NCBI GenBank assembly: GCA_965243395.1
Contig: CBDEUS010000002.1
Location: 32,001 to 96,000, forward strand
DNA: 64,000 nt
From: Gammaproteobacteria bacterium
GTDB taxonomy: Bacteria; Pseudomonadota; Gammaproteobacteria; UBA4575
Direction: 5' to 3'
The stretch's first letter is position 1. Each line of letters begins with the position of its first letter. The translations under genes and the position numbers were made by a program. The notes beneath the pieces are model-generated. The model was not told the DNA's origin. It saw only the letters and a program-made list of their open reading frames with translations, and searched no databases. Shown piece after piece: positions 1 through 10,423 of this stretch.

Positions 1-107
1 ATTGTGGAAGTGCATAATTTGCCGAGACAAATTTCTGCCGACCTAATGTTGATATCTTACAGCTAAGGGTAGAATTGAAATGTTTTCGCAGAAGAGCGAT
101 ATAGAGA

Positions 108-1442
108 TTATTGATCGCCAAACACCGACTTCAATCGGTCTAAATAGCCTGAGTCCTTGTCTTCTTCTTCCTCGAAAATTGGTTTTCCAGACTCTGTTGA
201 TGCACCTTTGTCAGATTGCACCTCATCCAGTATGTCATCATCAAACCCAACATGGCTATCTAATGCGTCTTCACTGACCGAATCAGATAAGGTAGGAGGT
301 GCCTTCTTTCCTTTCGTATTTGCTAGGTCAGGTTGTTCTGACGGGAACACCAATTGATCGCTTGACTCACTAACACTTTTAACGCCACCACCAAAATTGA
401 TTTGCCACTCAAGATTACCGCGTGAATCAGCATTATTTAATGCATCATCTAGTGAGATCCGTTCGCTCTTATATAAATCATAAAGTGATTGATCAAAAGT
501 TTGCATTCCAGAAGCAGCACCTTTTTCCATAATCTCTTTAATCTCACCAATATCACCTCGTTTAATGAGTTCTGAAATGTAAGGTGTGTTGATCATGACC
601 TCAACTGCCGGTACACGACCGCCTTCTACACTTGGAATCAAACGTTGTGAAATGATACTGCGTAAGTTTAATGATAAGTCCATTAAGATTTGCGCCTTAC
701 CTTCCGGTGGGAAAAAGTTAACAATACGATCAAGCGCTTGGTTAGAGTTAACAGCGTGTAATGTTGTCAAACATAAATGACCCGTATCAGCATAAGTAAT
801 AGCTGCTTCCATGGTTTGCTTGTCACGCACCTCACCAATCATGATTAAATCGGGTGCTTCACGCATTGCCTCACGCAAGGCATTTTCATAAGAAAGAGTA
901 TCCAATCCCACTTCACGTTGACCAATAATCGATTTCTTATGGCTGAAAGCGTACTCAATGGGGTCTTCTATGGTAAGAATATGTCCAGTTTGCTCGATGT
1001 TACGGTGCTCAATCATGGAAGCCAAAGATGTTGACTTACCTGAACCGGTGGAACCTACAACCAGCACTAGTCCATTTTTTTGCATCACCAGTTTTTTAAG
1101 AATGGGTGGCAATCCTAGTACTTCCAAATCAGGAATATCACCTTTAATGTAACGAATCACCATTGAAATTTCGCCACGCTGATAATATAAATTGACACGG
1201 AATCGGCCTGCACCTGCGACTGAAATACCAAGGTTCATCTCCTTAGTCATTTCGAATTCTCTGATCTGCTGATCATCCATGATGCTGTATGCGATTTTCT
1301 TCACTACACCTGGCTCGAGAACATTTCTACTCACACGACGCGTGACACCTTCAACTTTTGTGCACACGGGAGCGCCTGTAGTAAAAAACAGGTCAGAAGC
1401 ATTTTGCTCCACCATCAGTTTTAGGTAAGGATCAATGTTCAT
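108..1442 (-). CDS. PilT/PilU-family type IV pilus ATPase (second PilU-like paralog) with long acidic C-terminal extension
   Basis: Walker A GSTGSGKS, Asp box TIEDPIE, Walker B IMIGEVRD, His box TGHLCLTTLH, GMQTFDQ; ~90-aa acidic tail. Confidence 0.9.
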   Translation of the reverse strand: MNIDPYLKLMVEQNASDLFFTTGAPVCTKVEGVTRRVSRNVLEPGVVKKIAYSIMDDQQIREFEMTKEMNLGISVAGAGRFRVNLYYQRGEISMVIRYIKGDIPDLEVLGLPPILKKLVMQKNGLVLVVGSTGSGKSTSLASMIEHRNIEQTGHILTIEDPIEYAFSHKKSIIGQREVGLDTLSYENALREAMREAPDLIMIGEVRDKQTMEAAITYADTGHLCLTTLHAVNSNQALDRIVNFFPPEGKAQILMDLSLNLRSIISQRLIPSVEGGRVPAVEVMINTPYISELIKRGDIGEIKEIMEKGAASGMQTFDQSLYDLYKSERISLDDALNNADSRGNLEWQINFGGGVKSVSESSDQLVFPSEQPDLANTKGKKAPPTLSDSVSEDALDSHVGFDDDILDEVQSDKGASTESGKPIFEEEEDKDSGYLDRLKSVFGDQ

Positions 1443-1459
1443 TGCGTATATTTTATAAC

Positions 1460-2650
1460 TTATCCAAGATTGACGCGTTTAACTGGTGAGATTAAACCAG
1501 CATCTTCGTCAGTCTCTTCGACCATTAAGTCATCTGTACCATCCAGTAAGTCTTGATTCTTAGATTCCTTACTATCGAGCTTCAAGCGTAAGCGTAGATC
1601 GTTCACCGAATCAGCATTACGCAATCCATCTTCCATGGTAATCAAACCTGATTCGATAAGATGGAATAGATGTTGGTCAAAGGTTTGCATGCCCAGCTCA
1701 TTCGATTTTGCTATTAAGCCTTTCATTTCATGCACTTGCCCTTTGAAAATTAAATCTGCCATCAATGGTGTGTTTAGCATTATTTCTACTGCAGGGACTC
1801 GACCGTCTTGACCCTTGATCGGCAATAATCTTTGTGAAACCACTGACTTTAAATTTAACGAGAGATCCATTAACAATTGATCGCGTCGGTCATCAGGGAA
1901 AAAGTTAATGATACGATCCAGTGCCTGGTTTGTACTGTTAGCGTGCAAAGTGGATAAACACAAATGACCCGTTTCTGCGAAAGCAATTGCATGCTCCATG
2001 GTTGCACGATCACGAATCTCACCAATTAGAATCACATCAGGCGCTTGTCGAAGAGTATTTTTTAAGGCAATTTCATAATCTTCTGTATCTACACCAACTT
2101 CGCGTTGAGTGATAATGCAATTCTTGTGCTTATGCACAAATTCGATCGGATCTTCAATGGTTACAATGTGTCCAAAACTATTTTCATTTCGATAACCCAC
2201 CATCGCAGCTAGCGAAGTAGACTTACCACTACCAGTTCCACCTACAAAAATCACCAAACCACGTTTAGTCATCGAAATGTCACGCAATACTGGAGGTAAT
2301 CTTAAAGACTCGAATTTCGGAATTTCAGAATTAATAACACGCAACACCATGCCGGGACTACCCCGTTGTGCAAAAGCGTTGACACGAAATCGAGATACAT
2401 TAGGTAAACTAATTGCAAAGTTACATTCCTGAGTTTCTTCAAATTCTCTAGATTGTTTGTCGTTCATAATTGAACGCACTAACACTTGGGCATGACTAGT
2501 AGTAAGTGGCTGGTTAGTTACTGGAACCATCTTGCCATCAATTTTCATTGAGGGTGGAGCGCCCACAGTAACGAATAAGTCTGAACCGCCTTTAGTTAAA
2601 AGGTTGCGCAATAAATCATGCATAAAGCTTATGGCTTTATCTCTATTCAT
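1460..2650 (-). CDS. pilU: Type IV pilus retraction ATPase PilU
   Basis: GGTGSGKSTSLAAM, TIEDPIEF, LRQAPDVILIGEIRD, AETGHLCLSTLHANSTNQALDRIINFFP; directly downstream of pilT. Confidence 0.93.
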   Translation of the reverse strand: MNRDKAISFMHDLLRNLLTKGGSDLFVTVGAPPSMKIDGKMVPVTNQPLTTSHAQVLVRSIMNDKQSREFEETQECNFAISLPNVSRFRVNAFAQRGSPGMVLRVINSEIPKFESLRLPPVLRDISMTKRGLVIFVGGTGSGKSTSLAAMVGYRNENSFGHIVTIEDPIEFVHKHKNCIITQREVGVDTEDYEIALKNTLRQAPDVILIGEIRDRATMEHAIAFAETGHLCLSTLHANSTNQALDRIINFFPDDRRDQLLMDLSLNLKSVVSQRLLPIKGQDGRVPAVEIMLNTPLMADLIFKGQVHEMKGLIAKSNELGMQTFDQHLFHLIESGLITMEDGLRNADSVNDLRLRLKLDSKESKNQDLLDGTDDLMVEETDEDAGLISPVKRVNLG

Positions 2651-2693
2651 AGTTTCTACCTTTAGCTACAACTTTTCCTTGAATTAGAAAATT

Positions 2694-3728
2694 TTAAAAA
2701 TCATTTTTGTTCTCGGCTTTACGACGTGCTTCTTCACGCGCAATTAATCCTTTTGCCAAAATATCTTGTAAATTTTGATCCAATGTTTGCATACCCACAT
2801 TGTTACCCGTTTGAATCGCCGAATACATTTGTGCGACTTTATCTTCATTAATTAAGTTACGAATCGCGGGTGTACCAATCAAAATTTCATGTGCTGCAAC
2901 ACGACCACCACCAATCTTGCGACACAGTGTTTGTGATATGACAGCACGTATCGATGCGGCTAACATGGAGCGCACCATATCTTTTTCAGCACCAGGAAAT
3001 ACGTCGATTATTCGGTCAATGGTTTTTGCCGCTGAACTTGTGTGCAATGTTCCTAAAACTAAGTGACCCGTTTCTGCAGCCGTGAGTGCCAGTCGAATTG
3101 TTTCCAAGTCACGCAATTCGCCTACAAGAATCGTATCGGGATCTTCACGCAAGGCGGAACGAAGTGCTTCATTAAAACCTAAAGTATCGCGATGTACTTC
3201 ACGTTGGTTAATCAAACTTTTTTTACTTTCATGAACAAATTCGATCGGATCTTCAATAGTAAGAATATGGCTGTATTCGTTATCATTTTTATGATCCAAC
3301 ATGGCTGCAAGTGTAGTTGACTTCCCTGAGCCGGTTGGTCCTGTTACTAACACCAATCCACGTGGATAACTTGCAATCTCTGCGAAAATTTTTGGGCAGT
3401 CTAATTCTTCGAGAGTAAGGATTTTGCTAGGAATCGTTCTAAAAACTGCACCTGCGCCACGATTCTGAATAAATGCGTTGACACGAAATCGAGCCAAACC
3501 AGGGATCTCGAATGAGAAATCAGTTTCTAAAAATTCTTCGTAGTCTTTGCGTTGTTTATCGTTCATGATGTCATAAACCATTTCATGAACTTGACGATGT
3601 TCCATTGCAGGAACATTAATCCTTCTAACGTCACCATCTACACGAATCATGGGTGGCACACCTGCAGAGAGGTGTAAATCTGAAGCGCCATTTTTAACGC
3701 TAAATGCAAGCAACTGCGAAATGTCCAC
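2694..3728 (-). CDS. pilT: Type IV pilus retraction ATPase PilT
   Basis: MDISQLLAFSVKNGASDLHLS N-terminus, GPTGSGKSTT, ALREDPD, AIRNLINE (AIRNLIRE-like); 344 aa; GTG start; divergent from yggS. Confidence 0.97.
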   Translation of the reverse strand: MDISQLLAFSVKNGASDLHLSAGVPPMIRVDGDVRRINVPAMEHRQVHEMVYDIMNDKQRKDYEEFLETDFSFEIPGLARFRVNAFIQNRGAGAVFRTIPSKILTLEELDCPKIFAEIASYPRGLVLVTGPTGSGKSTTLAAMLDHKNDNEYSHILTIEDPIEFVHESKKSLINQREVHRDTLGFNEALRSALREDPDTILVGELRDLETIRLALTAAETGHLVLGTLHTSSAAKTIDRIIDVFPGAEKDMVRSMLAASIRAVISQTLCRKIGGGRVAAHEILIGTPAIRNLINEDKVAQMYSAIQTGNNVGMQTLDQNLQDILAKGLIAREEARRKAENKNDF

Positions 3729-4024
3729 GAATACTCCTTTATCTAGCTCGGTTGAACACGCGTGGGGGGTATATGTACTTCCTGTATTTAAAATAACTCA
3801 GCATTAACCCTACCTTCCTCAGTCAGTTAGAGGCAGAATTATCCTTACCACTGACTCTGGACTGAGCATCTAATAACGCTAGTGTCGATGGAATATAGAG
3901 GTGTGGACTTTGATTCTCGACAAGCCGCCAATTTCATGCGACTAAATGGCCGGGAACACTTCATTGTGACAAAAAATTGAGCAAAATAGAGTTACTTATC
4001 ACAACTTTACCGTTAATCTGAAAG

Positions 4025-4040
4025 TGTGAAACACATCAAA
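4025..4040. promoter_or_regulatory. Putative CRP/Vfr-like binding site in the pilT/yggS divergent intergenic region
   Basis: TGTGA-AACACA-TCAAA, 9/10 match to TGTGA-N6-TCACA with A/T-rich flanks. Confidence 0.45.
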
Positions 4041-4090
4041 TTTTGGCTCAAGAATACCTCTTAATAGATCAAACAAATTACAACAAAAAC

Positions 4091-4798
4091 ATGGCCGATA
4101 ATTTTCAAATTGAGCACAATCTAAAACAAGTTTTATTAACTATACGAGAGTTAGAAAAAAAATATAAACGTCCAAAAAATAGCGTGCGGCTACTTGCAGT
4201 GAGTAAAACAAAACCTATTGAAGACATAATTACGGCACACGCTTATGGACAAATATCATTTGGTGAAAATTATGTGCAGGAAGCAGTCGAAAAAATAAAT
4301 GCATTAAAAAATAATTCAGATGAAACAAATAAAATAGAATGGCACTTTATTGGGCCTTTACAAAAAAATAAAACACGCTTAATTGCTGAAAATTTCGACT
4401 GGATACATAGTGTAGATCGGTACATCATCGCACAACGGTTAAGCGAGCAACGACCAAAAGACCTTCCTCCACTACAAGTATGTATACAGATAAATATTGA
4501 TCAAGAAGAATCAAAATCAGGCGTAACAGTCGACAAAATTCAACGCTTAGCAGAAGATATTGCAGATTTAAAAAATCTTAAATTGCGTGGTTTAATGGCA
4601 ATTCCCAAGATAAGCAGCGATACTACGCAGCAACGTAAATCATTTGCAGCGTTAAGTGAACAGCTAGAACACTTGAATCAGCAAGGCTTCGAGCTTGACA
4701 CCTTATCGATGGGTATGAGTGCTGATCTGGAGGCGGCCATTGCTGAAGGTGCAACTATAGTGCGTATTGGAACAGCAATTTTTGGCAAACGTGATTAA
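4091..4798 (+). CDS. yggS: PLP homeostasis protein YggS (PROSC family)
   Basis: LLAVSKTKP (PLP Lys), FGENYVQE, WHFIGPLQKNK, LSMGMS, VRIGTAIFG; ATG 4091 preferred over the upstream TTG. Confidence 0.96.
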   Translation: MADNFQIEHNLKQVLLTIRELEKKYKRPKNSVRLLAVSKTKPIEDIITAHAYGQISFGENYVQEAVEKINALKNNSDETNKIEWHFIGPLQKNKTRLIAENFDWIHSVDRYIIAQRLSEQRPKDLPPLQVCIQINIDQEESKSGVTVDKIQRLAEDIADLKNLKLRGLMAIPKISSDTTQQRKSFAALSEQLEHLNQQGFELDTLSMGMSADLEAAIAEGATIVRIGTAIFGKRD

Positions 4799-4811
4799 AT
4801 AGAGTTTAGAT

Positions 4812-5645
4812 ATGAATTCACTTCAGCATAACCTAAATATTGTATTCATTGGTGGCGGCAATATGGGTCAAGCTTTAGTTACGGGTCTACTTGACAGTGG
4901 TTGGCCTGCGGACAACATTGCCATTGTTGACAATGATCACGCCATGACAGCAATTCTCAAAGAAAAATTCCCGCGTTGCCATATCTATTCTCAATCTGAA
5001 GCTGCTCTTAACTTAGCAGACGTAGTTGTATTAGCAGTAAAGCCCCAGGTCATACAAACAGCTTGCGAACAAATTGCTGCGCAGTGCCAAATCAAACGCC
5101 CTTTGATTATCTCCATCGCTGCAGGAATACTAATTAATAGTATTGATCACTGGCTGGGGGGTGAGCTGCCTATTATTCGCTGCATGCCCAATACCCCGGC
5201 TCTCGTACAAGCAGGAGTCACGGGTTTATATGCAACCGAGGAGGTATCAGCAGAACAACATGAGATTGCGGATCAAATATTGAGTTGCGTAGGCGATGTA
5301 TGTTGGCTAGATGATGAAACATTACTCGATGCAGTAACGGCTTTATCCGGAAGTGGTCCTGCATATTTCTTTTATTTAATCGAAGCCATGATAGAAGCAG
5401 GAAAAAGCCTAGGACTTACTGAAACTCAAGCTCGCGAGCTCACCGTGGCGACCGCCGCCGGTGCCGCCAAACTCATTAAGAAAAGCGGCAAATCTGCACA
5501 AGATCTACGTCTTGCGGTAACCTCTAAGGGTGGAACTACAGAGGCTGCAATAAACTCTTTACAAGAACATGAAATGAAAAAAATAATCGATACTGCAATC
5601 AACAAAGCAGCAGAAAAATCCAAATTGTTAGCAAATACTAAATAA
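4812..5645 (+). CDS. proC: Pyrroline-5-carboxylate reductase
   Basis: FIGGGNMG, LAVKPQ, RCMPNTP, ALSGSGPAY, VTSKGGTT; yggS-proC-yggT synteny. Confidence 0.97.
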   Translation: MNSLQHNLNIVFIGGGNMGQALVTGLLDSGWPADNIAIVDNDHAMTAILKEKFPRCHIYSQSEAALNLADVVVLAVKPQVIQTACEQIAAQCQIKRPLIISIAAGILINSIDHWLGGELPIIRCMPNTPALVQAGVTGLYATEEVSAEQHEIADQILSCVGDVCWLDDETLLDAVTALSGSGPAYFFYLIEAMIEAGKSLGLTETQARELTVATAAGAAKLIKKSGKSAQDLRLAVTSKGGTTEAAINSLQEHEMKKIIDTAINKAAEKSKLLANTK

Positions 5646-5652
5646 ATACCTA

Positions 5653-6204
5653 ATGAACGCAATTAGTAATGTTTTAGACTTTTTAATACATGTTTTATTT
5701 ACCATGTATATTTATGCAGTTATTCTCCGCATGCTGCTTGGTTACACTCGTGCTGATTTTTACAATCCTTTTTCGCAATTTATTTTAACTGTCACCAATC
5801 CAGTCCTAACTCCATTACGAAAATTCATTCCAAGCCTGGGTGGAATAGATACTTCTGCAATTATTTTAATTTTAGTTTTAAAATTTGTTGAACTTGCTTT
5901 ACGTAGTTTTCTAATTGGTAAACAAGTTTTATTAAGCGCTCTTATCGTGCCGTCTATTATTGGTGTACTGCAACAGATTCTGAATATATTTATTTTTGCA
6001 ATAATTATATTGGTAATCATCAGCTGGGTCGCCCCTCATATGCATGGACAAAGCAATCCTATTACTCCTATTTTACGGGCAATCACTGAGCCCTTAATAC
6101 GCCCTGCCCGCAAGTTGATCCCTCCGGTAGGAATATTTGATCTTTCAACACTTGTGGTTTTGTTAGCCCTCTATTGCATAAAAATCTTTTTGCACTCTTT
6201 ATAA
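5653..6204 (+). CDS. yggT: YggT family membrane protein
   Basis: Two YggT repeats (ADFYNPFSQ...PLRKFIP..GGID; NPI...TEPLIRPARKLIP..GIFDLS). Confidence 0.93.
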   Translation: MNAISNVLDFLIHVLFTMYIYAVILRMLLGYTRADFYNPFSQFILTVTNPVLTPLRKFIPSLGGIDTSAIILILVLKFVELALRSFLIGKQVLLSALIVPSIIGVLQQILNIFIFAIIILVIISWVAPHMHGQSNPITPILRAITEPLIRPARKLIPPVGIFDLSTLVVLLALYCIKIFLHSL

Positions 6205-6271
6205 GAGATTGCACGTATACCAAGTGACGATTACACTGGGTAAGTAATAACCGTTAATTTATTATTTAAAC

Positions 6272-7408
6272 GTGCCTGATACTCTTCCTGCAGATTCCGT
6301 TGGTCTCGTAGAGACACAATTTCTTACGGTCAAGGAAACTTTAACTCTTGATTGTGGGCGTTCATTACCTGATTTTACGCTTGCATATGAAACCTACGGA
6401 ACTCTTAATGCTGAAAAAAGTAATGCGATATTAATTTGCCATGCACTTTCTGGTGACCAACATGTTGCAGGTTACAACAGCATGGAAGAACGCAAACCTG
6501 GTTGGTGGGATAATTGCATTGGACCTGGCAAACCATTTGATACAGATCATTTTTTTATTGTTTGTCCAAATAATTTAGGTGGATGTAAAGGTAGCAGTGG
6601 ACCAAATACACTCAACCCTAAAACAGGTAAACCTTATGGCCCAGACTTCCCTCTAGTGACTGTGCGAGACTGGGTAAACAGTCAAACTTATCTTGCTGAT
6701 TCGCTTGGCATTAAACAGTGGGCTGCACTAATTGGCGGCAGCTTGGGAGGTATGCAGGTCATGCAATGGGCCATTGATTACCCTGAGCGATTACGACATG
6801 CATTAGTCATTGCAGCTACGCCAAAATTAACTGCACAAAATATTGCGTTTAATGAAGTAGCACGCCAGGCAATATTTTCTGATCCTGATTTTTATGCAGG
6901 TCGATATTATGAACACAATACTATACCTCGCCAAGGTTTAATGCTCGCACGTATGCTTGGACATATAACTTATTTATCTGATGATGCTATGCGTGAAAAA
7001 TTTGGTCGCGATTTGCGTGAAGGTAAACTAAATTTCGGATTTGATGTTGAATTCCAAGTTGAAAGTTATTTGCGATATCAAGGAAAATCTTTTGTAGATC
7101 GTTTTGATGCCAATACTTATTTGTTAATGACTAAAGTACTTGATTACTTTGATCCTGCTTTACAATTTAATCATGATTTATCTCTTGCATTTAAAAATAC
7201 AGATGCAAATTTCTTAGTAGTCTCTTTCACAGGAGATTGGAGATTTACACCTGCCCGTTCTCGCGAAATTGTTCGCGCGCTAATTGCTGCAAACAAGAAA
7301 GTTAGTTATGCAGAAATAGAAGCAGAATTAGGTCACGACGCATTCCTTACTCGTATCCCTGAGTATCATGGTGTGTTGAACGCGTATATGGATACGATAG
7401 AAATATAA
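6272..7408 (+). CDS. metX: Homoserine O-acyltransferase MetX
   Basis: [21 protein letters not shown] nucleophile, DWRF, GHDAFL; followed by metW. Confidence 0.96.
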   Translation: MPDTLPADSVGLVETQFLTVKETLTLDCGRSLPDFTLAYETYGTLNAEKSNAILICHALSGDQHVAGYNSMEERKPGWWDNCIGPGKPFDTDHFFIVCPNNLGGCKGSSGPNTLNPKTGKPYGPDFPLVTVRDWVNSQTYLADSLGIKQWAALIGGSLGGMQVMQWAIDYPERLRHALVIAATPKLTAQNIAFNEVARQAIFSDPDFYAGRYYEHNTIPRQGLMLARMLGHITYLSDDAMREKFGRDLREGKLNFGFDVEFQVESYLRYQGKSFVDRFDANTYLLMTKVLDYFDPALQFNHDLSLAFKNTDANFLVVSFTGDWRFTPARSREIVRALIAANKKVSYAEIEAELGHDAFLTRIPEYHGVLNAYMDTIEI

Positions 7409-7428
7409 TTGAATAGTTAAAACTAACT

Positions 7429-8055
7429 ATGAGCAAATCACCAACAAATACATTAAGACCTGATTTAGAGCTCATATGTGAGTGGATTAAACCTAACACA
7501 CGCATTCTTGATCTAGGCTGCGGTGATGGTGCACTACTGAACCATTTATATAAAACTCGCAATGTTACAGGTTATGGTTTAGAAATTGATCAGGCAAATA
7601 TTATTCAATGTATTACAAAAGGCGTTCAAGTTATCCAAACAAACTTGGATGAAGGTATTACTGAATTTTTTGATGAAAATTCGTTTGACTATGTAGTCAT
7701 GACCCAAACCTTGCAGGCGATTCAGCACCCCGATCAACTATTAAGTGAAATGATGCGCATTGGCAAGGAAGGTATTGTCACTTTCCCGAATATGGCCTAT
7801 TGGCGAAACCGTTTGCAATTGGCCCTTGGGGGTCATATGCCTATCACGCGCACTTTGCCAAATTCATGGTATGACACACCAAACATTCATCTCTGCTCAT
7901 TACATGATTTTGAGCTTTTATGTGAGCAAAACAGTATAAATATTATACAAAGGACTGTCGTCGATCACGCCCATCGATACAGTGTTCGCACCAAGCTATT
8001 TCCCAATCTACTCGGCGAGATCGCGATTTATCGTTTCTGTAAAAACTCGGGCTAA
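7429..8055 (+). CDS. metW: Methionine biosynthesis protein MetW
   Basis: LDLGCGDG SAM motif, QTLQA, VTFPN, WYDTPNIHLC. Confidence 0.95.
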   Translation: MSKSPTNTLRPDLELICEWIKPNTRILDLGCGDGALLNHLYKTRNVTGYGLEIDQANIIQCITKGVQVIQTNLDEGITEFFDENSFDYVVMTQTLQAIQHPDQLLSEMMRIGKEGIVTFPNMAYWRNRLQLALGGHMPITRTLPNSWYDTPNIHLCSLHDFELLCEQNSINIIQRTVVDHAHRYSVRTKLFPNLLGEIAIYRFCKNSG

Positions 8056-8241
8056 ATTCAATATTAAAAATTGATAAAGTCGTAGGTCAATTCAAGAAGT
8101 TTAGTTTTAAAATTCATTTTTTTGAAAAAAGTGCTATGTTCTTCGCATTTTTTAGAACATTGCTATTGTATTTTTTTTCATAGTGTTTGATCATACTGCC
8201 GCACTTTATTACTGTTCATTATCGAATTAGAGGATTTATGC

Positions 8242-8571
8242 ATGGCCGCTACAAAAAGCTCATCTGTTAAGAAACCACCTACAAAATCAGAAATATTGAA
8301 TTTCATCTCAGGTGAAACCGATCTCTCCCGCAAAGAGGTCTCATCAGTATTTGATGCTCTAGAAAAAATTATTGCTAGAGAATTAAAACCACGTGGCGCA
8401 GGATATTTTAATCTTCCAGGTCTGTTGAAGATCAAGGTTGTGAAAAAGCCTGCTCGTAAAGCTCGCAAAGGCATCAACCCATTCACGGGTGAAGAAATGA
8501 TGTTCAAAGCAAAACCTGCTAGCAAAGGAATTAAGGTTCTACCGCTTAAAGGTTTGAAAAGCATGGTTTAA
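8242..8571 (+). CDS. HU/IHF-family DNA-binding protein
   Basis: TKSEIL N-terminus, LPGLLKI...KPARKARKGINPFTGE...KAKPAS arm motif. Confidence 0.92.
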   Translation: MAATKSSSVKKPPTKSEILNFISGETDLSRKEVSSVFDALEKIIARELKPRGAGYFNLPGLLKIKVVKKPARKARKGINPFTGEEMMFKAKPASKGIKVLPLKGLKSMV

Positions 8572-8572
8572 T

Positions 8573-8612
8573 AAAAAAGGGTGCGCAATAATTGATTGAC
8601 GCACCCTTTTTT
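8573..8612. terminator. Bidirectional intrinsic terminator between HU and the TerB-family gene
   Basis: AAAAAAGGGTGCG...CGCACCCTTTTTT inverted repeat between convergent genes. Confidence 0.85.
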
Positions 8613-8641
8613 AATTTTACAATTTATGTTTTAGCTAGTTG

Positions 8642-9094
8642 CTAAAGCTCTACAACACTCAGTTTAGTTTGAATATAAACACTATGTGGTATATAGAGTA
8701 AGTCAGCAATTTTTCTAATTTGGTACTCCTCATACTTATCTAAATTATTGTCTGCGTAAGCCACGCGCCATAAATCTTCTAACAAAATTCTTTTTTCCTC
8801 TTCATTACAACTTTCGTTAATTATTTTAACGAATGGATGAATAGAAACATGGCTTTCCTGTTCTGTTCGTGCCAAATTTATCAAATTATCTACTTCTTCA
8901 TTGGAAAAATTAAATCTCTCTGATAATGAATTTGCAATTTCTACTAACTCTTCATCTTGGATATCAAAATCAGCACGACTCACTTCTAACAACAATGCGG
9001 CAGATGCTAAATGCAAAATTTGTTGCTCATCGACTTCATGGTCACTATTTTTACTTATCTTTTCTTGAATAAAGTCGGCAATTGATCGAAACAT
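8642..9094 (-). CDS. TerB-family protein
   Basis: LASAALLLEVSRAD...EE, LWRVAYADNNLDKYEEYQIRKIADLL. Confidence 0.88.
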   Translation of the reverse strand: MFRSIADFIQEKISKNSDHEVDEQQILHLASAALLLEVSRADFDIQDEELVEIANSLSERFNFSNEEVDNLINLARTEQESHVSIHPFVKIINESCNEEEKRILLEDLWRVAYADNNLDKYEEYQIRKIADLLYIPHSVYIQTKLSVVEL

Positions 9095-9120
9095 GTTATT
9101 ACTATGAAGTAAATTGCTTG

Positions 9121-9432
9121 TTAATTATTCGCTCTATAGTTTTGATATGCGCCGTTTTCAAAGCAATCAAAAAAGTCTTCGGTTAGCGGGTGTGTAATGG
9201 GTTCTGCACTTGCATCTATCTCTAAATGTCTTTCCGCAACATAGGTCGTCATCAACTGCCCATCAACTAACACGTGATACCATGGCTTATCTTTGGGAGG
9301 TCGGGACTTTGCAACCTTCATATACCACTCTTCGGTACCTGTGTATTCAGCATCTACATCGTAAATTACACCGCGATAATTAAATTTTTTATGCACGATT
9401 AGCTGGCCAATTGAAAATTGTGCTTTATGCAT
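9121..9432 (-). CDS. hspQ: Heat shock protein HspQ (YccV-like)
   Basis: FSIGQLIVHKKFNYRGVIYDVD, RPPKDKPWYHVLVD, TYVAERHL. Confidence 0.9.
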   Translation of the reverse strand: MHKAQFSIGQLIVHKKFNYRGVIYDVDAEYTGTEEWYMKVAKSRPPKDKPWYHVLVDGQLMTTYVAERHLEIDASAEPITHPLTEDFFDCFENGAYQNYRANN

Positions 9433-9604
9433 AATCCTGACTCCTGATGAATTAATTTGTGATTAAACTTAATGATTTTTATACCTACCATACTCTATAT
9501 CTATAAAAGATCCATGGTATATACGACATAATCTGCTAGGCTATGGAAATTATAATTCATTGTAATTTTTTGAATAATCTCTTTACGTATGTATCGGCCA
9601 AAAA

Positions 9605-9901
9605 ATGACACCTCGAAGTAAAGAACAACGTATATTAATTGTAATGCGTAAATTATTAGCGCAAATTGTAAAAGATACAACGCCAGGACCTGGCATGCGA
9701 CACCCTCTGAGCGAACAAACTATAAAGGATATACGCGACTGCTTTGGTCTAATTTCAGCAAGAGAACGCGAACTCACTGAACAGGCGGGCATTGTAAACA
9801 AAGACCGGCCACGTTACATAGATGAACCAAAAACCTCAACAGTAATCGAATTTAGAAAGCCCAATAAATCTTCAGATGACAATTCATCAGAAGACGAATA
9901 A
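9605..9901 (+). CDS. Small conserved-looking hypothetical protein
   Basis: 98-aa ORF, SKEQRIL..MRK.L..IVKDTTP.PGM.HPLS pattern; co-oriented with the next two genes. Confidence 0.75.
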   Translation: MTPRSKEQRILIVMRKLLAQIVKDTTPGPGMRHPLSEQTIKDIRDCFGLISARERELTEQAGIVNKDRPRYIDEPKTSTVIEFRKPNKSSDDNSSEDE

Positions 9902-9933
9902 TTTCATGAATTACGTGCATCAGCATATTTCCA

Positions 9934-10338
9934 ATGCCCTCACGAACTGCCCAACAGCAAATAGAAGTTACACGACATACGATGCGCATTCTTGACGAAT
10001 GGGGAGTACCTGGTAAGAATATAATTACTCTTTTAGCATTACCAAACAAAATTAGACTTCGTCACTTAGACCGCTATCGCGATGGCGAGGCTTTTCCAGA
10101 GTCTTCTGAAATTATGGAACGTGTCACTCATATTGCAGGAATAGCAGATGCACTGCGAACCAGTTTCCCACGCAACTCACACATGGGTGTTCTATGGATG
10201 CAAACACCGCATCGACGCTTTCAAAATCAAACGCCTTTACATATGTTATTAGAACAAGGATTAAACGGATTACGCATGGTTCGCTCCGAGTTAGACTGTG
10301 CATTTTCCTGGGACGAATCACATAATAATTACAAATAA
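9934..10338 (+). CDS. DUF2384 / Xre-MbcA-ParS antitoxin C-terminal-domain protein
   Basis: WMQTPHRRFQNQTPLHML...GL..VRSELD matches the W..P...F...TPL pattern of DUF2384. Confidence 0.7.
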   Translation: MPSRTAQQQIEVTRHTMRILDEWGVPGKNIITLLALPNKIRLRHLDRYRDGEAFPESSEIMERVTHIAGIADALRTSFPRNSHMGVLWMQTPHRRFQNQTPLHMLLEQGLNGLRMVRSELDCAFSWDESHNNYK

Positions 10339-10423
10339 TTAATCCAGGCATTTACATTGTTTGTTTCATCTACAAACATGCATGTTTATAATGTCCTTAC
10401 AAGTAACTCTTTAGCATTTTCAA

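Noticed and set aside
4043-4090. Longer ORF-track starts (yggS TTG 4043; also 19230, 35655, 45235, 62687)
   Set aside because: Downstream ATGs have better SD sequences or match family N-termini
6205-6271. SAM/SAH riboswitch before metX
   Set aside because: Only 67 bp with no recognisable aptamer motifs
8178-8564. 128-aa minus-strand ORF opposite HU and similar overlapping ORFs (16814-17341, 44777-45166)
   Set aside because: Almost entirely antisense to well-supported genes, with no family motifs
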